Position numbers and translations under genes: made by a program
Notes under the pieces: generated by a model
What the model saw: the letters and a program-made list of their open reading frames with translations, nothing else
Told to the model about the DNA's origin: nothing
Databases searched by the model: none
Shown: piece by piece, positions 1 through 13,408 of the stretch
Layout of the letters: every line of letters starts with the position of its first letter
Numbering within the stretch: position 1 is the stretch's first letter
Assembly (NCBI RefSeq): GCF_006345805.1
Contig: NC_043008.1
Span: 65,720,001 to 65,784,000, forward strand
Source of the DNA: Octopus sinensis
Lineage: Eukaryota
Direction: 5' to 3'
Length of the DNA stretch: 64,000 nt

Positions 1-198
1 ATATATATATATATATATATATATATACATTGGTAAAAACGTTAAGATAACAAAAGAAAGAAAGAGACCTCAATATTATGTAAATAGAGGAAATTTATCT
101 GTAAAATAATATGTGACAATTATTCAATTATTCAACACCCAAGATAAAAGATAAAAGTTTTATTAGCTATTGAATAATTGTCACAAATTATTTTACAG

Positions 199-261
<63 letters not shown>

Positions 262-263
<2 letters not shown>

Positions 264-1532
264 CGAGGGGTACCCACAGGTTACCGGAAACGTTCTCTGT
301 GGGACACGCTCGTTGTTGTTCAGGCTTTCGCCGCTAGAAACCACTTCATGTGATAGTCAAGCATCAGTAGGCCAACCAGCGTCGTCGTTCGTGGTCGTTC
401 TGCAATGTGGTGCATCTGTTTTTGTCAGTACTTTTCTGTTCGTCGATTTTTTCGATGGTTGAAAGGAAGGGAGATCGGGCTCCCGTGAAATTCCGTTTTC
501 TTTTCTGCTGGGGAATACGGCGTCCGAAACAGTTGTCATGCTTCAAACAGATTATAAAGCGCTGACATGAACAAAATACAATTTTACGAGTGGTTTCCAC
601 GCTTTAGGAATGGTCAGTTGTCACCTGAAAACCAACCTCGTTCAGGGCGACCGTCGATTTCCCGAATGAACGAAAACATCATGAAAATTCAGGAATTTAC
701 AAACTCGTTGCTATTCTTGATATACGCTGGAGTTCCTACCAACGAATTCTGAGCGAGGAATTACAAATGAAATTACAAATGAAAAGAGTTGCAGCAACAT
801 TTGTGCGTCACTTTCTCATGGAAGATCAAAAGCAGTCGCGACTAAATGCGTGTCGTGAACTGACGGAACAGTTGGAAGTTGATCCGAATCGATTTTCTAA
901 TGACATCACCGGTGACAAATGGTGGTGGTACAGCTAAAACCTGCAAACAAAGCAGCAATCGTCAGTGGAAGCATTCAATGTCACCACACTCCCAAAAAGT
1001 GCGTTAAGTCAAGTCCAATATGAAGACAATGTTGATTTGTGTTATTGATGCGAAAGAAATTATCCACACACATATTTTTTCTTCCTGGTTAAACTGTTAA
1101 CCAGATATTCTAGTTGGCAGTTCTGGGAGGTTTGACCAAAAATAACACGACCACGCTTACCCACCCTCTTTATTAACCCGATCATGTTCCCTACAACTTT
1201 TCTTTTTTGTTCCCCCGAATGAAAAAAAGGTCTTAAAGGAAAGCCGTTTGCAGATGTAGAAGATGTGAAGAAAAATACGACGGAGGCGTTAAAAGGAATC
1301 ACTTCACAAGAGTTCTAGGACTGCTTCAAACGCTTCTGCGTCGAGGCATTGCTTCCAGTAGAGAATACTTTGATGACGATAATAGCATAATCAAGTGAAG
1401 AAGTGTGCGCAGGCGCATTGCCGTGATGAAACCACCACTGCCCACTTCGCCACTGCGTCTCTCAAACAGATCAAAAGTGGCGAGGGAATAAAATTAAATT
1501 GCAAAATTCTGGTTTCTTTTGGGTACACGACG
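262..1532 (+). mobile_element. Decayed mariner (Tc1/mariner) transposon with frameshifted transposase
   Basis: 5' TIR TA-CGAGGGGTACCCACAGGTTACCGGAA; diverged 3' TIR at ~1508-1532. Translated fragments FYEWFPRFRNG..PRSGRPS (HTH), KRVAATFVRHFL, DITGDKWWWY, KTMLICVID and Y*PDHVPYNF (YSPDLAPxD-like), with stops and deletions. Confidence 0.9.
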
Positions 1533-1534
1533 GA

Positions 1535-1749
1535 CGAGGGGTGCTGAAAAGTTCCTGGCTTTGGGTGAGCGGAAATACAGAAGAATCAGTTAATTATGTT
1601 TTTATACAACATATTCCCCTTTCAGGTCCATACCCTTATAGCTGCGGTTCTTCAGTTTTTTTAAGTCTTCTAAAAGAACTCGGAAGTTTGAGCCTCCAAC
1701 TAGGCCTCTTGCGAAATCCTTAAAGATAGAAACTTTTCAGCACCCCTCG
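1535..1749. mobile_element. Mariner-type MITE (~215 bp)
   Basis: TIRs CGAGGGGTGCTGAAAAGTT ... AACTTTTCAGCACCCCTCG; no coding capacity; a partial second copy lies at ~58586-58671. Confidence 0.85.
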
Positions 1750-1762
1750 CAAATGTACATGA

Positions 1763-1846
<84 letters not shown>

Positions 1847-2070
1847 ATTATATTAAGTAGTTGAATGAATTATCTTAGTATGGATAATTCGGTTAACCGA
1901 TACCTGGGTAGCAAATTCACGTCAGAAAAACACGGTTGAAGCTACATGCCAAGGGAAGAGATCACGTGCTTTCGTGTGGAAATTTGTGTATTTTTTTTCG
2001 AAACATATGTCGAGAATAAAGGAATTTTGTTAAATCGTCGTTCAACTCCATTCTTTCAACTCATTCTTTC

Positions 2071-2102
<32 letters not shown>

Positions 2103-2106
2103 TATA

Positions 2107-2164
<58 letters not shown>

Positions 2165-2282
2165 AATCAAGGAACGGCCATAATAGGCCATTCACCCACT
2201 AGAAATAACAGCCAAAAAGCTACAACCGCAAAATAACATTAATTCTGTAAACCAGGAGAAAATTAAAAAAACATTTACCTGA

Positions 2283-2392
2283 ATTCCTTATACGATGCAC
2301 CGTTTCGTCTACTGTTTAATGGTAAAAACTAACCCTGATTAAATTAAATCAAGCCAATCTACCATAGGCCCTTAGATTCATCAGTAAGGAAT
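2283..2392 (-). ncRNA. Type I hammerhead ribozyme (inverted copy)
   Basis: Reverse complement of the motif at 2773-2879; TCATCAG at 2378-2384 and TTTC at 2303-2306. Confidence 0.7.
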
Positions 2393-2772
2393 AGCCAAAT
2401 CGGAACAGATATTTTTCACGAGGCATTCACGTCCATGCCTCGCCAATATCTGACCTAAAATTTTCAAATCGTCGCACTCGCGCCAAATTATCGGCAGCAA
2501 ATAAATATAAGCCGCCGATTCCATTACGGAACTAACCAGAAAATTCATAATTAATCAATTAAACAGTAGACGAAACGGTGCATCGTATTAGGAATTTCAG
2601 GGTAAATGTTTTTTTAATTTTCTCCTGGTTTACAGAATTAATGTTATTTTGCGGTTGAAGCTTAAGCCGCCGATAAATTTGGCGCGAGTGCGACGATTTG
2701 AAAATTTTAGGTCAGATATTGGCGAGGCATGGACGTGAATGCCTCGTGAAAAATATCTGTTCCGATTTGGCT

Positions 2773-2879
2773 ATTCCTTACTGATGAATCTAAGGGCCTA
2801 TGGTAGATTGGCTTGATTTAATTTAATCAGGTTAGTTTACCATTAAACAGTAGACGAAACGGTGCATCGTATAAGGAAT
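2773..2879 (+). ncRNA. Type I hammerhead ribozyme with long stem II
   Basis: Stem I ATTCCTTA/TAAGGAAT (8 bp); core CTGATGA 2781-2787; stem II TCTA/TAGA plus a 19-bp hairpin (ATGGTAGATTGGCTTGATT/AATCAGGTTAGTTTACCAT); GAAA 2856-2859; near-palindromic stem III ACGGTGCATCGT; GUA site after 2871. Confidence 0.75.
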
Positions 2880-3262
2880 TTCAGGGAAATGTTTTTTTAA
2901 TTTTCTCCTGGTTTACAGAATTAATGTTATTTTGCGGTTGAAGCTTTTTGGCTGTTATTTCTAGTGGGTGAATGGCCTATTATGGCCGTTCCTTGATTGT
3001 GATATTGAACTTAAAAATGGTTTATGACTATTTAATTTTTTCCACTAGGCGCTGAGAGGCAAAAGAATTCTACAAAATTTTTTTGGCCTCCCTATATTGA
3101 TTAATTATAATTTTCTGGTTAGTTACCGTAATGGAATCGGCGGCTTATTTTATTTGCTGCCGATAAATTTGGCGCGAGTGCGACGATTTGAAAATTTTAG
3201 GTCAGATATTGGCGAGGCATGGACGTGAATGCCTCGTGAAAAATATCTGTTCCGATTTGGCT

Positions 3263-3368
3263 ATTCCTTACTGATGAATCTAAGGGCCTATGGTAGATTG
3301 GCTTGATTAATTTAATCAGGTTAGTTTACCATTAAACAGTAGACGAAACGGTGCATCGTATAAGGAAT
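3263..3368 (+). ncRNA. Type I hammerhead ribozyme (second tandem copy)
   Basis: Same architecture; CTGATGA 3271-3277, GAAA 3345-3348, predicted cleavage after 3360, 489 nt from the first site. Confidence 0.75.
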
Positions 3369-3598
3369 TTCAGGGTAAATGTTTTTTTAATTTTCTCCTG
3401 GTTTACAGAATTAATGTTATTTTGCGGTTGAAGCTTTTTGGCTGTTATTTCTAGTGGGTGAATGGCTATTATGGCCGTTCTTGATTGTGATATTGAACTT
3501 AAAAATGGTTTATGACTATTTAATTTTTTCCCACTAGGCCGCTGGAGGCAAAGAATCTACAAAATTTTTTTTTGCCTCCCTATATTGATTAATTATAA

Positions 3599-3642
<44 letters not shown>

Positions 3643-4526
3643 CATGTGTGTGTGTGTGTGTGTGTGTGTAACTGACTTATTCCCGAGGTTTCACTTCGTT
3701 GCTTTAATGTACTATAAAACACATCTATAAGTTCTATTTATCGAGAAATGTGCATTACGATGATGGCAAAACAATTCGTCTGTGCAATGTTTGCTTGGAC
3801 GATTGACTCCAAAAATTATCGAAACGTTCATACAACTGCTTTTCACCATTTATCTCTCCACACACATATTTTACAAACGAATTGTGTACAAGACTTCTAA
3901 TACTGAGTGTTGTCTGAAAAACTAAAAAAAAGTAGCGTCGTTATATTCTATAAAATATTATTATAGCAAACACACATATATGCATTATATATACATAAGT
4001 GTGTGTTTCTGTGTGTGCGTGTGTGTGCGCGCATGCCTGTGTGTGCTTCTGTGTTTTGTCTGTGTGTTTGTGCGTATGTCTGCGTGTGTTAGCAAATTAT
4101 CCATAATCTACCAAGAAAGAATTCTACCTAAATGTCAAAAGAAACGAAGGTTTCCATTAGTCTTTCAGAATATCAACTTTCCACATCCTACTGTTTTGAA
4201 ACGAAATATATTGAAAATGTAGGTGTATTCATAAATGTCGACTTTAAAGTAAAAAGGCTACATTAAAAAAAATATGGCGGTTCTTCTGCTTTCGTAATAC
4301 TAACCAGAACCTCTTATTCGAGGTCTAATCACAACTGCAAACTCACATGCTACAAACATTCTTACATACACAAACACACAAACATACTCAAACACACACA
4401 CACACGCACAAACACACACACACACGCATATATATATACACACAAATGTTATGCACACTGCTGTTTAGATTTTCGTAATAAAGAATGTTATGTAACTAAT
4501 ACAGATCAATATAAATACATTCATAC

Positions 4527-4566
<40 letters not shown>

Positions 4567-4783
4567 TATATATATGTGTGTGTGTGTATGATATATACAC
4601 ACATATATGTATATATGTATGCATATATATAGATAGATATATATATGAATACATATATATATATCATATATACACTTATATATATATTATATATATATAT
4701 ATATATATAGTTATATATTATATATATATATAGATATATAGATATATATATAGATATATATATAGATATATATATACATATAC

Positions 4784-4832
<49 letters not shown>

Positions 4833-4902
4833 TATATATATATTATACATATATATATATCTATACATATATATATATAATTATATATATATAATATATA
4901 TC

Positions 4903-4953
<51 letters not shown>

Positions 4954-4956
4954 CTA

Positions 4957-5012
<56 letters not shown>

Positions 5013-5764
5013 CATATATGATGCTGCATTTCTTTTAAGTGATACATGTCTTAAACAACAAGAAAAATAAGAATCAAGAAAAATTCTTCCTCCAACAAAA
5101 CAATTCTTACGACCAATCTTCAACCGCCAAATGTTCAGTTCAGGCTAGGTTCAGAGAACGAGAATGAGAAAGAATCAATCGAAAACTAATCAAAAACAAA
5201 CACAAGAACAAAAAAAAAACTTTAAAAAAAAAGATTAAAAAAAAAACAAAAACAAAAGAAAAGAAGCAAGGTTATTTTTAACCTCAACAACATTTTTCGG
5301 AATGCATGTCTCTTTACGGAACTTTTACAATATATGAATCACAAAGACTGAGTACAGAGCAATTAAATATACAAAGCCACTGTAATTATCCACTTTTGCA
5401 GATGTCATTTGTGCATCTCTGGTTTTTGGCTGTATTTTTTCGTCTTTACTATTTTCGCTTTCATTTGTGGTTCTTTCCACTTATCTTTCATTTCTTACTT
5501 CTTCTCCTTTCGCTCTCCGTTTTCTCTTTCGTGTTTTGTTACATTATTGTTTTTTTTTTTACTTTTTTTTGTTTTGTGTTTTGTTATTCTTTACTTCATA
5601 TATATCAAATGATACTGATATCCAGTACAGTTTCGTTTCGTTTCTTTCCATCTTTCGTTCTTTCTTTCCTTCTTTCCTTCTTTCTTTCTTTTTGTATTTA
5701 CCTTATTCCTCTTTGTCGGATTGTTGCTAAATAGTAGTAAATGTATTTTAGAATGGAAACAGAT

Positions 5765-6262
5765 GGAACAAAAATAAATGTTGCTTGTTGCTCTTATTGT
5801 TGTTGTTGTTGCTGCTGCAACTGTTGTTGCTACAGCTGCTGCGGCTGCTGCTGCTGTCGTCATAGAGGTTGTTCTCGCTGTTGCTGTTGTGGTATATATC
5901 GTTTCTCTTGTTGTTGCTGTAGCTGTTGTGGCTGAAATTTTGTAATTGCTGATGATGATGATGATGATGATGTTGATGATGATGATGATGATCATGATGA
6001 TGTATATCATGATAATGATGATGATGACAGGAGGCGAGGTGGTGATGGAGGAGGAGGAGGATCATTATGATGATGATGTTCATGATAATGAGGATAAGGA
6101 TGATGATGGTGGGGAGGAGGAGGAGAGGAGGGGAAGGAAGAGGAGAGGAGGGAAAGAACGTGGAGAAGATGGGGAGGAGGAGGGGCGTAGGTGTAACTGT
6201 GGGTTTTTTGTTTCTGTTGCTGCTACTGCTATTGTAGTTGAGAACTATGATGATAATGAAAG

Positions 6263-6298
<36 letters not shown>

Positions 6299-6350
6299 CG
6301 ACGACGACGGGGAGGAGAGAGAGGATGTGAGTGTGAGAACACAACTGCGC

Positions 6351-6388
<38 letters not shown>

Positions 6389-7160
6389 GATGCTTTTGTT
6401 GTCGTGATTGACAGTAATGATGATGAGGAAGAGAGGAGGAAGCGGAGGTGGAGGTGAAGGAGGAGGTGAAGGTGAAGGAGGAGGTGGAGGTGAAGGAGGA
6501 GGTGGAGGTGAAGGAGGAGGTGGATGTGAAGGAGGAGGTGGAGGGGAAGGAGGAGGTGGAGGAGGAGGTGAATGAAGGCGAGCAGGTGAATGAGGAGGAG
6601 GAAGAGGGGGAGGTGTAAGGGGAAGGCAGATTGGAAGGTACCTGTGTTTGTTGTTGACTTTGTTACTAATGTTGCTTTGATGAAGTGAAGAAGGTGGAGG
6701 AAGATGTTGCAGTTACTGTTAATGATATTGCTTTTATTGATGCTGCTGCTGCTGCTATTATTATTGCTGATGACATTCTTAATGTTGTGGCTACTACTGC
6801 TCTCCTTGATGATGATAATGTTGTTGTTGTTGTTGTTGTTGTGTTGAACATTGCTGTTTTAATGTTGTTTTTGTTGTTGGTGAGAATAGTATTCCTGATA
6901 TTAGTGCTCATCATTATGGTGATAGTAGTAGTAGTGGTGGTGGTGGTAGAAAATGTAGTTTATGCGGTAGTGGTAGTGTTGATGTTAGTGATGGTAATGG
7001 TGACGGTGATGGTGGTGATGTTGGTTTTCGCTGTGGTTGTGTATTGGTGAACACATGTCTTACAACTTGCCGTCTCCATCCACCCACACACAAACACTAA
7101 CAAGATAAGCACCATTACCACTACCACCATGACCAAACCTACATCACACCGCACCAGACC
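5765..7160. repeat. Mosaic of trinucleotide repeats (GTT, GCT, GAT, GAG, GGT) including an 18-bp GGAGGTGGAGGTGAAGGA minisatellite at ~6443-6570
   Basis: Visible directly; accounts for the poly-amino-acid ORFs in several frames. Confidence 0.9.
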
Positions 7161-7312
7161 TACATCATCAACAATTCTCTTATATCCGATGGTTCATTTT
7201 TCCTTTCATTATTTCAGTATCGAAACATCCTTATCACATTTTATGTATGTGCGTATATATATATATATGTGTGTGTGTGTGTGAGTGTGTGTGTGTGTAT
7301 GACTGTGTGTTG

Positions 7313-7408
<96 letters not shown>

Positions 7409-7410
7409 AT

Positions 7411-7455
<45 letters not shown>

Positions 7456-7479
7456 TATATATATATATATAATATATAT

Positions 7480-7952
7480 AATTGTAATAATAAGGGGTTT
7501 TTTGCAACAAGTTGCTTAATCACATACCGAAAATTTTAGAAATAGCAGCCAAAAGACTACTATTTCCTTTTACTACAAAAATAAGTCTCCACAGACAACA
7601 ATATTTGTAACTCACATATGACAAAAAAAAAAGAAAAATAATGAAATCACACAGTCTTCGGTTAATTATGGACATACGTTTCTGGATTAGTATCATAAGA
7701 CTCATTTCCTTTATCGACATAATATTCCGATCAATCTAGAAATGCTAGGAAAACTTACCTCCTGTATTTTCGATCAAGCGACATCGAAAAATATAAAAGC
7801 TAATCAGCATATCCACATTTATATAGACAAGTGAATTCGTATTTCCCTCCAGAATTGTTAACCCCGTGAGTCACAAAATAGTACTGTCGAAAAAAAGATT
7901 CGTAGTTTTGTCGTAGGGGAGTAAAATAGTCATTACAGATATAGGGTGAAAT
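7480..7952. mobile_element. (TA)n-flanked repeat related to the 32155/36321 family
   Basis: CACATACCGAAAATTTTAGAAATAGCAGCCAAAAG resembles 36357-36391; shares AGGGTGAAAT with the family end. Confidence 0.45.
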
Positions 7953-8829
7953 ATATATATATATATAATTTTCTTTCGAAACATTTAAATTCTCTTAATA
8001 AGTTAAAATATAAAAAACTCACCAGCGTTAGCTAGATATGACTTAAAATTACACAGTATTAATTACATATTATTTTGGTCTATTATAGATCAGATCTCAC
8101 CATACAATACGATTACGGGCAGATGTAGAATGTGTATAAAAGAATCATACATTATCGTTTGCATGTATGATTTCACATTTTTTAAATAAGTTTTCTGATG
8201 CTATTCACTCGTGCAACCATAGATACTACTCAACTTTCATGAGACGATTTAAATCGGAATCCCCTTAGCTATAACCCTAGTAATTTCTGTTGCACAACTG
8301 AATATCCTACCGCTTATAACAATATATCGCTAATACAAATATAAATTTATGATAGACAGTAAGCAATCTAATTTTACTCCTGTCAGCCCTTATAAAGACT
8401 TCCATTATTTGCATAGCTATAACCACTTCTATAAAAGCATCACATGCCTTGGTAAATAACTGAACGTATATCTAGCGTAAATATAATTTTTTCCCTGATG
8501 AAGGAGACATTCTCTGAAAAATGAATCTTAAGATTCATTCGTTATTTGGACGAATGAACCCCAGAAACGATCTTTGGAATACATTATTTTCTTATAACAT
8601 GTAACCCCAAACTATTTTTAATGCCTACTATCTTCTCTATATCATATTTAAAATTTTTTTTAAATAAGCCCCTCACCGATGTATAAAAGAAGGGACATTT
8701 TTAGCGAAAAATTAACTATATTTAATTGTTTAGTTATATACTGAGGATATGCTTACATAATACAGTAGTTCTGAGTCGCTTAAAAAATGCATTCGACTAA
8801 AATACTGTTTACCCACGTAGAATTAAACT

Positions 8830-9790
8830 GTGGAATTCAAATGACTTTTGAAGTTTGTGTTTCCACGAAAGGAAGCATTCCTTTTTTAAGTAACGTACCT
8901 TATTGTTACCTATTAAGATATGGAGAACTTCTGTAGTGCATAATCTGCATTCTTTCCTATATGCGGTGTAGATATTTTATATTATCCCCGTTAAGCTTTA
9001 AAGATGTATTTACCCAGCATATTAGAATTACATATTTTATTCCTGAAGCTGTATGTATTCATGATGTAACGATATTCAAATGAGTCAGCAATATAATAAC
9101 GAACATCATTGACAGTAATAACGCTACACCTGTAAATAACATTGCGTATTAAGCAATTGCCTCTTAAAGGACAACTAGAAGCTCACCTAGAGTTACAGCT
9201 TAAAACATTGTTTTTTAAAAGTCTCTCAAGTTAAAATGGAATCAAAATTTTCTGGTTATCTTTTGATTCTACTCCATTGTCTTTTTTGTGAAATTTACAA
9301 GTATTACGCTCTATATGGGTTGATTTTAAAGAATATGTAAAGAGTTGTTACAATTACGAGGATAAGAGTCATTAGTATTCATTTCCTTTAATATTTCTGT
9401 TAACTAGGATTACAGTTTTATCATCTTCTATATGATGTTTATTAATTATCTCAACATCAGATTGACGACCGTCCTTTTGAATGTTGGTATTTGAGTAATG
9501 GGTGTATAGTTGAGAGTCCACATTCTGAATTATATCCTTATTAAGGTTACATAGATTTATATGGAAAGGCAGAGGATTTATGTTACTTTTTACGAGTGTG
9601 TTTATCCTTATATTTATTAATTTTAGAGTCATTGGAGAATTCTGTATTATCTGATAGATTTGAATTTATGGAGTAAGGCGATATAAGCGTATAGTAAAGA
9701 ACGATTATACAAACGTCTATATCAAAATTATTGCACAGCATACTAGTATACGGTCTAGAACACGGGAACAATGTTATGTAATCTCTCATG
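8830..9790 (-). mobile_element. Decayed Penelope-like element fragment (GIY-YIG endonuclease region)
   Basis: Minus-strand translation of ~9197-8840: CNSR*ASSCPLRGNCLIRNVIYRCSVITVNDVRYYI..RYIMNTYSFRN..CRLCTTEVLHIL..LKKECFLSWKH, matching the PLE CxCx5CPLxGxCL/VIY/YIG/CxLC/RH pattern. The upstream extent is approximate. Confidence 0.75.
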
Positions 9791-10059
9791 TCGATATAAA
9801 AAAAATTAGTGACTAAATAGAAAGATAGTTATAGACAGATAGATAAATACTCAATTCATATACATGTATATATATATGTGTGTGTGAATACAAAAATTAA
9901 TATAAAAAAGAGACATGCGCAACGTGTTGCCATATAGGAAATAGATGTATATATAATATATACATGCATACATACACACACATATATATATATATATATA
10001 CTATATATACATACTATCTATATATATACATATGTATATAAATATATAATATATACATT

Positions 10060-10142
<83 letters not shown>

Positions 10143-10800
10143 GTATATATATGGTGTGTGTGTATACATACACATATCAAAGGAAAAACGAAAGGCAAGT
10201 GTCTACTTAAACGGACAACATGAATAGGAAGAAGAATAGGGACAGAGAGTGAGAGAGAGAGAGATGACAAATGAAAGGGAGAGATACAAGTGATTATTTA
10301 CCTTTCATAATCTCTTGTGGATGATGGCTAATCTTCGTTAACGATATTGTATTGCTAAATGTTCTATTTCACTTCTGATATTGTATTTCAACTGATCTAC
10401 TTAACTGCAATTCTGTCGAATAATGGTATGAATTATTTCACATTACAGAAGCTTTTTCTTGCATCATATATACAAGCAGAATTTTTCGTTTTATTGCATG
10501 TTATTTATAAGAATGTTTTATTTACGTAAGTATGTATATGAGTGTACTGATCATTTGCCGTGCAATTTAAATCTGATCCCACAATATAATTATATATAGG
10601 AATAAGTATATAGACACATACATAAAAGAAGCATATTGCATACATACATACATACATACATACATAAATACATACATACATACATACATATATACAATAT
10701 ATATAATATATATATATGTATATAATATATAAATATATATATATATATACATACAGTTATATATATATATATATTATATATTATAATATATATATTATAA

Positions 10801-10836
<36 letters not shown>

Positions 10837-12012
10837 GCCGCCTGAGTGATCTTGCTTAGGTGTGTGTGCTTTTGAGTATATTTTTGTGTGTATATATATA
10901 CATATATATACATATACACATACATGTACATATACAAATACATGTCTGTATAAAATATGCATATACATACACATACATATACATATAAATGAGGGTGTTA
11001 TGCAGTAGCTTGCATTGCCTACAACAAAACACCATATATAATTCAGACAGACATTATTGTACTGAGATCATAAGATCACCCAAGACATAAGGCTAATAAC
11101 TATAGAAGTCATATCACTGACTTCATGCTGTATGAAACTGGAGATAAACGCTGACATAAAATCATTGATGCTTTTATATGTCAGCAAACGGTCAGGAATG
11201 TTTCTTAGAGATATTGGAGTAAAGTTTAATTGACCGTAGATTATCCTATTGTAGAATGGTAGCACATAGCTAACAACTTTCTTATTTGAAATGTGGAAGT
11301 TACTGTTGTGTTCTTATATGAATCAATGATTCTCCTCGCGGATTCCATCCGAAACTTGCTATGTAATTAAACTTTTATGTTAAGCTTTCGTTCTGTACTG
11401 TTGCGTTGATTTTTCATACTTGACAGAGAGAGTACGATAGTTTTTCTTTAAATCATAATGGTATTTAATTGAGGCACAATGGTAATATTTTTGAGAGGAA
11501 GGACTTTCTATCGACATCATCGATTCTATTATTTGGCCAGAACTATTTTTTTATTCCGAAACATGAAAGGCAAAGGTGGCCGACCCCACTGGTATTTGAA
11601 ATTAGAACGTAGAAACCGGAGAGAAACACCGCTAAGCATATTATGCAACGCGCCAACGACAATAATATCAATAATTTTAATTTTAACACCAGGCCAGCAA
11701 TGTTATGAGGAGGGAGTTGGTCGATTACATAGTTTCTTGTGCATGACTAGTAACATATGTTATCGATCCGAAAGGATGAGAGTTAATGTTAACCTCGAGA
11801 TGATTTGAACTCGGGAAATAAACAGTCGGAAGAAATTTTGTCAGGCATTTTCTCTGATGCGCTAACGATACAACCAGCCTTCCGCTATTTATGACTTCAA
11901 ATTATAATAGGAGATGTTGCTAGATCACATCGAAACCGGTACTCAACGAACCGAAAATGGCGAAAGGAAAAGTCGACCTCGACGGAATTTGACCAAAGAA
12001 CATAAAGCGCTG

Positions 12013-12071
<59 letters not shown>

Positions 12072-12368
12072 GGTTTCAAATTTTGGCACAACACCAGCAA
12101 TTTTGTAATTCATATAATATATATGAATGCGTATATGTGTATCCATGAATAGACACCTACACCTACATACACGCACACACACACACACACCCACACTCAC
12201 ACGCATACACACACACACGTAACTGATCAGAACTACCAAAAGATTATGATATCTTTTCAATAAAAACTGTTCCGTACATGCTAAGGTGTTTTAATCCTCA
12301 GATATGCGGATTACTTCGCCTCAGTGCTCAACTCAACTGGTAACGATGACGATGATGCGAATGATAAC

Positions 12369-12508
12369 GAGAAGAAGAAGAAGAAGAAGAAGAAGAAGAA
12401 GAAGAAGAAGAAGAAGAAGAAGAAGAAGAAGAAGAAGAAGAAGAAGAAGAAGAAGAAGAAGAAGAAGAAGAAGAAGAAGAAGAAGAAGAAGAAGAAGAAG
12501 AAGAAGAA
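12369..12508. repeat. (AAG)n microsatellite
   Basis: Pure AAG run of about 140 bp. Confidence 0.98.
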
Positions 12509-13061
12509 TACCTGATGACCATACACAATGTGATGAGGTTAACGGTGACGATTATGATATCTAAAGTGGGCACATTACTCAATTTCTGTAAAGTAAAAAA
12601 ATGTTGGATGACTTAATTGCAGTGCTTGGTTGATACCAATTTAAGTATTCCCGTAAGGAAAATAAGAGAATGACGAAACGAGAACATAGTCATTCGAACT
12701 ACTAGAAATTATAGTGTCTAATTAACTTCAAATCACAAAACCTACTCATTTCTATATATTTATATGAGAAATTCTGAAGAGCGAGGGTAAGAGGAGAATG
12801 AAGCACAGAAAGAGAATCGTTACGTAAATACACACACACACACACACACACACATACACACACACACACATATATAATGTGTATTATATATATATATATA
12901 TATAATATATATATATTAATATACAGTATATATATAATACCATATATATATATATATAATATACACATACACGCATTTATATATATGCCACACCAGACAC
13001 ACGTGTGTGTCTGTGTGTGTATATATATATATAAATGCTTGTATGTGTATGTATATATATA

Positions 13062-13092
<31 letters not shown>

Positions 13093-13376
13093 TAGTTTAT
13101 GCGGTGTGTGTGTGTCTGTAGTTTTCTTGTTAATGTCTCACCTGAAGCTGTTTGCTTTATTTAAAGCTACGAGAAAAACTAAGAAAACAGCTTTCTGTAA
13201 AGGATGTAGTGTGTTTATTGGTAGCGGAAACGAAAAACAATGAGGAATATGTTTTCATTATGAACAATACTGCTGGTATGCTGCTCCTTACAACACATAC
13301 GTAAACAAGCCTATAGATCACACGTACCCACAAACACACACACACACACACACAACACACACCACACACCTAAATA

Positions 13377-13408
<32 letters not shown>

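Larger units (their letters stand above)
2161..3597. mobile_element. Tandem plus inverted array of a ~489-bp hammerhead-containing unit (PLE pseudo-LTR / retrozyme-like)
   Basis: Minus-strand copy 2161-2550, plus fragment ~2551-2662, plus copies ~2668-3110 and ~3111-3597. Flanked by (TA)n on both sides. Copies differ mostly by single-base indels. Confidence 0.8.

Noticed and set aside
4521-5123. YI/IY/CV/TH-rich ORFs here and throughout the window
   Set aside because: Translations of (TA)n, (CA)n and (TATG)n microsatellites.
5748-6407. Poly-His/Asp/Glu/Met ORFs
   Set aside because: Trinucleotide repeats open in several frames; no domain or splice evidence.
7670-7705. Minus-strand CTTATGA..GAAACGTA hammerhead-like relic
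   Set aside because: Stems I and II do not pair.
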